Positions 29,763 through 37,702 of a stretch of DNA of 64,000 nucleotides are shown here, one piece after another. The stretch comes from Dehalococcoidia bacterium. GTDB taxonomy: Bacteria; Chloroflexota; Dehalococcoidia; SM23-28-2; RBG-16-64-32. Each line of letters starts with the position of its first letter. Within the stretch, counting starts at the first letter, position 1. Position numbers and translations under genes: made by a program. The notes under the pieces are model-generated. The model made no database searches. It was not told where the DNA came from and saw only the letters and a program-made list of their open reading frames with translations. The stretch is from positions 800,001 to 864,000 of the forward strand of contig CAXXTF010000002.1 in NCBI GenBank assembly GCA_963665775.2, read 5' to 3'.

Positions 29763-29900
29763 ATGGCTCGACTTCTACAAATCCTTCTTCATGGATATGA
29801 ATGGCTGGTACCGCCACCAGAGCCGATCTGTTGTCACGGCCTGGGCATCATGCTCTGCGAAGCGTGTGCCGAAGTCTGCACAAGGTGCCAGCCCCGCTAG
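29763..29900 (+). CDS. 45-aa Cys-rich small protein (not in the ORF track)
   Basis: MARLLQILLHGYEWLVPPPEPICCHGLGIMLCEACAEVCTRCQPR*, directly downstream of the promoter. Confidence 0.55.
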   Translation: MARLLQILLHGYEWLVPPPEPICCHGLGIMLCEACAEVCTRCQPR

Positions 29901-30165
29901 CTCCGCACTCATCCCAGCAGACGAACCCGACCGGCCGTACCGTCTACGTCTACTCGCTGGCCGTCCCGATTCTCCCGTGTCGCCACGCTGGTGCCTACTA
30001 CCGCCGGCAGCCGGTACTCACGGGCGACGATAGCGTGATGGCAGAGCACACCGTATCTCCTTTCGGATCGCGAGCCCCTGCCCGAAGGGCGACCCGCAGC
30101 GCGTCCAAGATGAACGATGGGTCAACCCGCACCCGCTTTGACTAGCGCCAAGGATCCGAGGCCAC

Positions 30166-30462
30166 CTACCCTTCCGGATCTGCCTCGCTGGAATCTTCCT
30201 CAGAGTTGGGCTTCGTTGGCGCGAACTCGCCGTCAGCCATGGCGAGCCCTCCCGGATTGTCGTTATCCAGCGTCACGACCGGCCGGTAGCTGATCCGCAC
30301 CTCATTCTCGACACCCGTAAAAGCCCGGATGCGCTCCGGCTCGAAGCCAGCCTCTAGTAACGTCTCGATATGGTGCTCAGCATTGGTCGGGTCCGCCAAG
30401 ACCGTGATCTCGCCGTGCTTCGGGTCATCGTGGTCAGTGACCACAACTACTACCTTAGACAT
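30166..30462 (-). CDS. Hypothetical 98-aa protein
   Basis: Clear ORF with RBS; shares a domain pattern with 30616-32082. Confidence 0.75.
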   Translation of the reverse strand: MSKVVVVVTDHDDPKHGEITVLADPTNAEHHIETLLEAGFEPERIRAFTGVENEVRISYRPVVTLDNDNPGGLAMADGEFAPTKPNSEEDSSEADPEG

Positions 30463-30615
30463 CGTCGTCCTATAGTCCCCCTTCTCCTCAACCTGCTAAG
30501 AAGATAGACGACCTTCTCGGAGACAACGTTTCATCGGGAACAGTATCCGCCTCCGAACTGTGGCATGGCCGCGGCCCGGTAGCAGAACCGGACGAGACTA
30601 GATACCTGCCCAAGC

Positions 30616-32082
30616 CTAGAACTTTCCCGGAGGTGACTCGAATCCGCCAAATAGGTTCGAGGATTTATCCCACCGTTTAACCTCAAGCACCCGCCTCACC
30701 TCGTCGACAACTTCGTCTATCCCCGGCCCTTCCCGATCGCCGATTTCCTCCTCGCCATCATCCTCCGCCTGCACCAGCGCTGCCCCTGCCTCCTCCTCTT
30801 GCACCAGCGCTGCCGCTGCCTCCTCCTGGACCAGCGCTGCCGCTGCCTCCTCCTGGACCAGCGCTGCCGCTGCCTCCTCCCGCACCAGCGCTGCCGCTGC
30901 CTCCTCCCGCACCAACGCTGCCGCTGCCTCCTCCCGCACCAACGCTACCGCTGCCTCTTCCTCCGCCTCCTGCACCGCCGCTGCCTCCTCCTCCCGCACC
31001 AACGCTGCCGCTGCCTCCTCCCGCACCAGCGCTGCCGCTGCCTCCTCCCGCACCAACGCTGCCGCTGCCCCCTCCCGCACCAACGCTGCCGCTGCCTCCT
31101 CCTCGTGCACCAGCGCTGCCGCTGCCTCCTCCCGCACCAACGCTGCCGCTGCCCCCTCCCGCACCAGCGCTGCCGCTGCCTCCTCCTGCGCCAACGCTGC
31201 CGCTGCCTCCTCCTTCGCCAGCACTGCCGCTGCCTCCTCCCGCGCCAGCACTGCCGCTGCCTCCTCCCGCGCCAGCACTGCCGCTGCCTCCTCCCGCGCC
31301 AGCACTGCCGCTGCCTCCTCCCGCACCAACGCTGCCGCTGCCTCCTCCCGCACCAACGCTGCCGCTGCCTCCTCCCGCACCAACGCTGCCGCTGCCTCCT
31401 CCTGCGCCAGCACTGCCGCTGCCTCCTCCTCCCGCACCAACGCTGCCGCTGCCTCCTCCTCCCGCACCAACGCTACCGCTGCCTCCTCCTGCGCCAGCGC
31501 TGCCGCTGCCTCCTCCTGCGCCAGCGCTGCCGCTGCCTCTTCCTCTTGCACCGAGATGTCGACGGCGGTGCTTGGTGGCATGGACGGACTCAACCGAACC
31601 GATCCCGCGCCATCGGCCTCGACAGAGACCAGGGCCGCCCAGTAGACCAGAACCTGTTGGAGGTCAAGCCCCTTCCGGACCTCCAGGCGAACGAATGACT
31701 CTGCCGACTCCATATCGACGAACGAGGTCAAATGAACATGGTCCTCCCTCTCCGGATCACGAACCAGTACCACAACCTCCACAGATGTCGACGCTTCCGC
31801 ATTCGGGTCCGGCGGAGACTGAAGCACCCAAAAGGCAACGAGCCCCTCCCTCAACTCAGGTGGAGAAAGAGACTCGACAAAGTCTGACGCCGGCTCGACG
31901 GTGGCAAACGTATGTACCCGGAAAGACAGGAGACCGCCCACCGTAGGAACGAGCAGCACCATGAGTGCTCCAGTCTCGTCAGGCGACTCTGGAGTCTCGT
32001 CCTGAACCTGATGCTCGGCGGGCGGCGATTCCCCTCCGCCGGATCGGCTACCTGGTAATATCCTACGACGCAACCCTAGCAT
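30616..32082 (-). CDS. Hypothetical protein with a duplicated N-terminal domain and an Ala/Glu repeat rod
   Basis: Unique N- and C-terminal sequence in frame with the repeat. Confidence 0.75.
   Translation of the reverse strand: MLGLRRRILPGSRSGGGESPPAEHQVQDETPESPDETGALMVLLVPTVGGLLSFRVHTFATVEPASDFVESLSPPELREGLVAFWVLQSPPDPNAEASTSVEVVVLVRDPEREDHVHLTSFVDMESAESFVRLEVRKGLDLQQVLVYWAALVSVEADGAGSVRLSPSMPPSTAVDISVQEEEAAAALAQEEAAAALAQEEAAVALVREEEAAAALVREEEAAAVLAQEEAAAALVREEAAAALVREEAAAALVREEAAAVLAREEAAAVLAREEAAAVLAREEAAAVLAKEEAAAALAQEEAAAALVREGAAAALVREEAAAALVHEEEAAAALVREGAAAALVREEAAAALVREEAAAALVREEEAAAVQEAEEEAAVALVREEAAAALVREEAAAALVREEAAAALVQEEAAAALVQEEAAAALVQEEEAGAALVQAEDDGEEEIGDREGPGIDEVVDEVRRVLEVKRWDKSSNLFGGFESPPGKF
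30770..31550. repeat. About 28 tandem 27/30-bp units encoding EE(E)AAAALVR
   Basis: cgctgccgctgcctcctcccgcaccaa-type units. Confidence 0.95.
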
Positions 32083-32374
32083 TAGCGATTCACTGTCCGA
32101 ACTCCTTAACCTGTTCGAGACTAGTCCTGATCCATCCTTAACCTCTGGCCCCAGTTTGCCTCATCAATCTCGCCGAAGTCTCGCCAAGCGAATACTCAGG
32201 CCGCTGATCCGGCCCTGTGTGTACAGACGCATTCTTGGCACTCTCCGTAACACTAGACAAGATTGGCGGCGACCGAACCACACCCCTTCAACCGCCCAGA
32301 GGTGCGAACGACCGCGGAGGTGAAGACCTGGCTCCGAAAGGGGCATCACCTGGTCCGGCAAGTGACCTGAGTGC

Positions 32375-33262
32375 TTACCTTCTTGCATCCCTCCGAACGA
32401 ACGGCGGGCCGACCTCATCCGAGGTTAGCAAACCGTAGGAGCGCGGCTTCCTGTAGGCGTTCCCCCAGGACTCCCGCTCGCGATACGCCCGTATCCTGTC
32501 CATATCGAACTCCGCTATGTAAACACCCTCGTCTTCTCCGGCCTCGATAATGCGCGTGTCCCTCGCCTTTCCATCTGGCTTCTCGAACGACACGGCATCG
32601 AAGGCACAGGAGTGCCCGTTGTTCTTGGGGGCCGCGTAGTTGGACAGAGCGACGCCGATCATGTTCTCCCAGACACGCGCCCTGAACTGACCGATACGCC
32701 CCTCCTCCAGATCGCACGCGTTCGGCGTCAAGATCAGCTCCGCCCCTTTGAGCATGAGGATTCGGGCGCTCTCCGGGAACTCGCGGTCGAAGCAGATCAT
32801 TGCGCCAACCCTCACATCTCCCTTTGCCGTATCGAGATCGCATACGAAGAACTCCTCGCCAGGGGTACACGCGGCCTCCATCGAGAAGTCGCAGGTGTGC
32901 ACCTTGGCGTAGGTCATCGCGATCTCTCCGTGCCGGTCGATGAGAGTTACGGAGTTCCTGGGAGCATCGTCCCAACGCTCCAGGTAAGTCAACGCTATCG
33001 CCATATCCAGCTCCCGAGCGAGCTCCTTGAAGTGGGTACCGAAGGTGTCATCCAGGCTGACCGCCTGCGCCTGCCACTCCTTTCGGCCGGCCTCATCCCG
33101 TGGACAGGGTACATAGCCTATATTCCACATCTCCGGGAACAGCGCCATGTCAGCTCCCAATGCGGCGGCGCGACGGCAGAAGACGTCTCCCTTGACTTGG
33201 TTGGCCTCCTGGTCGAGGCCACGGCCAGCCATCTGAAGTAAGGCTATTCGTACGACGCTCAT
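32375..33262 (-). CDS. Carbon-nitrogen hydrolase (nitrilase superfamily)
   Basis: E-K-C triad: FPEMW, YAKVH, MICFDREFPE. Confidence 0.92.
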   Translation of the reverse strand: MSVVRIALLQMAGRGLDQEANQVKGDVFCRRAAALGADMALFPEMWNIGYVPCPRDEAGRKEWQAQAVSLDDTFGTHFKELARELDMAIALTYLERWDDAPRNSVTLIDRHGEIAMTYAKVHTCDFSMEAACTPGEEFFVCDLDTAKGDVRVGAMICFDREFPESARILMLKGAELILTPNACDLEEGRIGQFRARVWENMIGVALSNYAAPKNNGHSCAFDAVSFEKPDGKARDTRIIEAGEDEGVYIAEFDMDRIRAYRERESWGNAYRKPRSYGLLTSDEVGPPFVRRDARR

Positions 33263-33487
33263 ATGAGGCAGCTCCTACCGCTCAGATGCCCTATCGGCCA
33301 GTATAGCATCGGGGCCCCAAAGTGGGCTCCGCCCCCGACAGCCGATCGCCAGCATTTCAACCCAAGGCGCCTCATACTCCCAACGATCACTTACTGCCAT
33401 CACCACACACCTGGCCAGGAACACGCCTCCCCCTGACACCGCACCCGTTCAGTGTTGGCTACACCCCCTTCACCTCATCGTCCGGTA

Positions 33488-33534
33488 TTGATCCCCATCC
33501 GCCTGCCGCTTATGATTACGGAAACATTAGTTCT
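33488..33534 (+). promoter_or_regulatory. sigma70 promoter plus LexA-type box for the nurA operon
   Basis: TTGATC-N17-TATGAT, then GAAAC-ATTA-GTTCT at 33521-33534. Confidence 0.6.
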
Positions 33535-33590
33535 CTCCATGCACCGGAAGCTGAATCCCTATCTCTGGAACCGACCGTAGGCGGCGACAA

Positions 33591-34664
33591 TTGGAGCCGA
33601 GCGTTGTTACGACTCTGAGCCCCTTGGGAGCGCTGGCCCGGACTTACCGCATCCGCGCGATCGACGACGCGCCCTACACCCCCCTGCCGCTTGCGGAGCA
33701 GACTATCGACGAGGACGAGGCCGCTCTCAAGATAAAGCTCCGCCAGCTCTCCTACGAGCTCCCGGCGGGCAAGTGGCAGCCCATCGTGTGTGAAGGCGAA
33801 CCCTCCTATCCACCACATCGCTTCATTGATGGGAGCGTCTTCTCCCGCACGATAGCCGTGCTCATCGTGGCGGGCCAGCGGCGCCCGGCGGTCCTGGCCT
33901 GTATCGGCGCCCTATCCCTCCAGCTTGAGGGCCGCCGGCTGGTGCGGTCGCCCGGCAGCCTCCGCATGGAAACCGTCCTCTGCCTCCTGAGTAACGGCAT
34001 GCCACGGGAGGACATGCAGACACTAAGCGAAGGCCTGGCGAAGCTCGGCGTTCGGCTCGTGGCCTCAGAGACGACGGACTTGACAGCGGACTTCGACGTG
34101 CTACGCAGGCGTTGCTGGGACCTCGCGAAGCAGCAGATGGAGGATGCTGAGCGCGCTGTCCTCCTCGACTCCCCTGAGTTGCCGGCCCTAGTGGACGGAC
34201 TCCTGGAGCGGAGGCTGGTCACCGTTGCCTCACAGGGGATGCCGGTCGTCGGCATGGTCAAGAGGCAGATGCGGCGGTACCTGCCGGAGTCGCACCTCAA
34301 TCTCCTGTACGACCTCCACCCCGGCCAGCGGACACCGGCCTTCCTGCTCGACACCGAGCACGCATCTATCGTGAGCTGGTACCTGCGCCTGTCGGCACCG
34401 GAATCACTGGCGCCCGGCTACGGCATCGTCCGCCTTACAGCGCCACAACAGTATCTTGAAGAGCGCTTCCCACATCCCGCAGAGCGTTGGGCAGAGATAT
34501 CCGCTGTCTCCGGTTGGCTGCGGAGCCTGCGCCACCGGGAGAGCAGCTACGAGCGCGCCGGTATCTCCATCGAACCCATCGTGCGCGTCGAGGACGAGTT
34601 GCATGCGCTCCTGCCCACAGTCGGACAGGAAGCCTCAAAACTGCATCGAGCCCTAGGTGTGTAG
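33591..34664 (+). CDS. nurA: NurA-like RNase H-fold nuclease
   Basis: FIDGS, LVDGLL, VGMVK and a C-terminal R....PI..VE..L motif; precedes herA. Confidence 0.75.
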   Translation: MEPSVVTTLSPLGALARTYRIRAIDDAPYTPLPLAEQTIDEDEAALKIKLRQLSYELPAGKWQPIVCEGEPSYPPHRFIDGSVFSRTIAVLIVAGQRRPAVLACIGALSLQLEGRRLVRSPGSLRMETVLCLLSNGMPREDMQTLSEGLAKLGVRLVASETTDLTADFDVLRRRCWDLAKQQMEDAERAVLLDSPELPALVDGLLERRLVTVASQGMPVVGMVKRQMRRYLPESHLNLLYDLHPGQRTPAFLLDTEHASIVSWYLRLSAPESLAPGYGIVRLTAPQQYLEERFPHPAERWAEISAVSGWLRSLRHRESSYERAGISIEPIVRVEDELHALLPTVGQEASKLHRALGV

Positions 34665-34673
34665 GAGGACGCG

Positions 34674-36518
34674 ATGACCGGACCGACGGAAGGCCTAGAA
34701 CGACACGACGGTGCCTCGCCCAGCAGCCTCATCCCCATCGGCCGCGTCGGCGCTCCGCGGGGCGCTGAGGCGACGACGGAGCAGTTCTACTTCTGGGTAC
34801 CGGAGGACCGGCTGGTCGAAAAGACGCAACTCGTGTACGTGGAGAGCCCGGCCGGCCCGGCAACCGTGAAGTTCTACGGCCTGGTGACAGAGGTGTTCCG
34901 TCGCTCCCGCCGCTCCGACATGCTGGAGGAGGCAGACCGCTTCGACGGACGTGCCGAGGAGGAGCTGCCCATCGAGAGCCGGGGCGTGACCTACGCCCTG
35001 GTGCGAGTGCTGGCCGCCCAGCCCAACGTCCTCTCGCCGCCCAGAGAGGAGAGCATCGTCTACCCCGCTGACGAGGCGGAGGCCCGTATCGCCTACGGCG
35101 TGGAGGAGATGGGGAACCCCCTGGTCGTCGGCCTGGTGCGCAACGGCGGCGACGCCGTCGCCGGCCCCGCCTACATCGATCAGGACTACCTCCTGGGCGC
35201 GCTGGGCGCGCACATGAACGTCACCGGCATCGCCGGGGCGGGCACCAAGTCCAGCTTCCTGACGATCGTCCTCCAGCAAGTATTGCAGTCTTGCCGTCGC
35301 CACGCCGAGGAACACCCCGAGGACCCTGAGAAACCGCAGGTGCGACCGGTGATCCTCAATGTGAAGGGCTTCGACCTCTTCTGGCTGGACCGTTGGTCGA
35401 ACAGCTTCAGCGAGGAAGACCGCGAAACCTGGCGGCGGATGGGCTGGGAGCAGCCGGCCCCGTTCGATGTAAGCTTCTTCGCCCCCCAGCAACCCGGGAG
35501 CGATCATCTCGCGATGTCGGTCGGTCGTAGCGACGTCCAGCCCTACAGCTGGTCCCTGGAGGACATCGTCAGGGACAACCTCTTCACCTACCTGTTCAGC
35601 GACAGCGACCGGGAGGACGACAACTTCGCCCTGCTGGTGGCGGACGTCGAACGCATCCTGGTGCGGGAATGGCGGCACAACGACGGCACCCCTATGCGGG
35701 AACTGAAGAAGGATGCCCCAGCAACGACCTTTCAAGACCTGTTCGACTGGTTCGAGCGCGGCCTTGGCGACGAGCCGGAGGCAAGTTTCCTGAAGCTGCA
35801 ATCGGGCCAGCACCATCCCGGCACCCTGCGCCGCTTCTACCGCCGACTTCGTCGCATCGTATATGAGAGCGCCGGCATCTTCCGCCTGGGCGGCTTCGGC
35901 AACCACCCCCTGGACATCACCCAAATGGAGACCGGCAGGCCCATCGTCGTGGATATCGAGAGCCTCCCGGACCGCCACCTCCAGCGCTTCGTCGTGGCCG
36001 CGCTGCTCAAGCAGGCCGTCGACCAGCAGACCGGAACGAGCATGCTCCCGGGCATGCACTACATCTTCCTGCTGGACGAGCTAAACCGTTTTGCGCCGCG
36101 CGGCCACAGCGATCCCATCACCCAGCTCATCGAAACCGTCGCCTCGGAGCTCCGGTCCCGCGGCGTGATCCTCCTCGGCGCTCAGCAGCAAGCGTCCCTC
36201 GTGTCGCACCGGGTAGTGGAGAACGCCGCTATCCGGGTCCTCGGTCGCACCGGCGGCCACGAGCTGCGACAGGACGTATTCAGCTTCCTACCAGAGAGCC
36301 TGCGCAACTACGTTGAGCAGCTCGGCAGTGCCGACAAGATCGTCCATCAGCCCAGCTTCCGACAGCCCATGCAGGTGCGCGTGCCGCGGCCGCCCTGGGC
36401 CATGCGCAAGCAGGAAGCGACCACGGAGCCGCCGGCGTTCCTGGCCGCGGAAGGGGCCCAGCCCGCGGCCGCGGGCCCCCGCCGCTTGCCGCCCAGGGCC
36501 TACGACGAGCTGCCCTGA
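34674..36518 (+). CDS. herA: HerA/FtsK-superfamily ATPase with N-terminal HAS-barrel-like region
   Basis: AHMNVTGIAGAGTKSS Walker A, FLLDELNRFAP Walker B, RSRGVILLGAQQ arginine finger and Q motif. Confidence 0.88.
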   Translation: MTGPTEGLERHDGASPSSLIPIGRVGAPRGAEATTEQFYFWVPEDRLVEKTQLVYVESPAGPATVKFYGLVTEVFRRSRRSDMLEEADRFDGRAEEELPIESRGVTYALVRVLAAQPNVLSPPREESIVYPADEAEARIAYGVEEMGNPLVVGLVRNGGDAVAGPAYIDQDYLLGALGAHMNVTGIAGAGTKSSFLTIVLQQVLQSCRRHAEEHPEDPEKPQVRPVILNVKGFDLFWLDRWSNSFSEEDRETWRRMGWEQPAPFDVSFFAPQQPGSDHLAMSVGRSDVQPYSWSLEDIVRDNLFTYLFSDSDREDDNFALLVADVERILVREWRHNDGTPMRELKKDAPATTFQDLFDWFERGLGDEPEASFLKLQSGQHHPGTLRRFYRRLRRIVYESAGIFRLGGFGNHPLDITQMETGRPIVVDIESLPDRHLQRFVVAALLKQAVDQQTGTSMLPGMHYIFLLDELNRFAPRGHSDPITQLIETVASELRSRGVILLGAQQQASLVSHRVVENAAIRVLGRTGGHELRQDVFSFLPESLRNYVEQLGSADKIVHQPSFRQPMQVRVPRPPWAMRKQEATTEPPAFLAAEGAQPAAAGPRRLPPRAYDELP

Positions 36519-37702
36519 TGCGCATCATCCACACGAGCGACTGGCATCTCGGGGCCCGTCTGGGCAGCCAGAACCGGCTGGACGACCAGTTCGCCCGCCT
36601 CCGAGAGCTGTGCGACTACATCGACCGGGAGGAGGCTGACCTCCTCCTGGTCGCCGGCGACGTCTTCGACGAGCACCGGGCGGACGCCCTCGCTCGCATT
36701 ATCGGTCGCCTGGCGCGCCTTCTCACGCCCCGCATCGAGGCGGGCCTCTCCTGCGTGTTCATCGCCGGCAACCACGATCGGGAGCACGTGTTTCCCCTGC
36801 TGCGGGGGCTACAGGAGCTAGTCGCCGCGGAGGACCGGTCGCGCGTGATCTTCGCCGAAAGGCCGTCTCTCGTGCCGATAGTGAGCCGCAGCGGCGAAGC
36901 CGTCCAACTGGTGCTGGTACCCTACCCCACGGCCGTCCGCTACAACCTGACAGACCAGCGTTGGCCCAGCCCGGATACCAAGCGATTCGCCCTGGCCGAC
37001 GCCGTGCGCACATCTATCCAGGAGTTGGGGAGGGAGGCTCGCAGCGCCGGGCGCGGCCTGCCCACGGTGTTGTGCGGCCACTTCCTGGTGCGCGGCGTCA
37101 AGGAGGGCTTTTACCACCTCACGGAGCAAGCGGACATCCCGTTAGAGCCCGGGGACCTTCCCGCCTACGCCTATATAGCCCTGGGACACATCCACAAGCC
37201 CCAACAGGTAGGCGCACCCTACATTCGCTATTGCGGCAGCCTGGAGCGGATGGATCGGGGCGAGGCCCAGGATCGGAAGCAGGCCTTGCTCGTCGAGCTA
37301 GGTCGCGACGGTCTCCGCGACGTGCGCGAGCTCCCCCTCAACGCCACCCCCTTCGCCCAGGTGGAAGCGTCCACAGAGGCCGACCTGGAGGCCGCCGCCG
37401 CCAACCTCAGGGAGCCGGAGCGCACCCTGGTATCCCTCACCGTCACCCTGCAACAGGACCAGAGCCTTGGCGCCCTGCAAGCCCGCGCCCGCCACCTATT
37501 CCCTCGCCTGTACGGGGCGCCGGAGGTACGCCGGGCGGACGCACCGAAAGCCGCCCACCCTGCCGTAGACGTGGACCGCAGCGACGTGCCAGGCACCGTA
37601 GACGCCTATCTGCGAGAGGCGCTCCGGGACGACCCTGACGCCGAAGCCCTGATTGCCCTCGCCACCCAGCTCCTGACGGAGGTGACCGGACCCCAACCAT
37701 GA
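36518..37702 (+). CDS. sbcD: Mre11/SbcD metallophosphoesterase nuclease
   Basis: HTSDWHLG, AGDVFD, GNHD, GH, LGHIH, YCGSL. Confidence 0.93.
   Translation: MRIIHTSDWHLGARLGSQNRLDDQFARLRELCDYIDREEADLLLVAGDVFDEHRADALARIIGRLARLLTPRIEAGLSCVFIAGNHDREHVFPLLRGLQELVAAEDRSRVIFAERPSLVPIVSRSGEAVQLVLVPYPTAVRYNLTDQRWPSPDTKRFALADAVRTSIQELGREARSAGRGLPTVLCGHFLVRGVKEGFYHLTEQADIPLEPGDLPAYAYIALGHIHKPQQVGAPYIRYCGSLERMDRGEAQDRKQALLVELGRDGLRDVRELPLNATPFAQVEASTEADLEAAAANLREPERTLVSLTVTLQQDQSLGALQARARHLFPRLYGAPEVRRADAPKAAHPAVDVDRSDVPGTVDAYLREALRDDPDAEALIALATQLLTEVTGPQP

Noticed and set aside
30770-31550. CRISPR array
   Set aside because: Units are contiguous with no unique spacers, all lengths are multiples of 3, and there are no cas genes
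30799-31698. 299-aa Cys-rich (CRCLLPHQR)n ORF on the + strand
   Set aside because: Antisense shadow of the Ala/Glu repeat; only the minus frame has plausible unique N- and C-terminal domains
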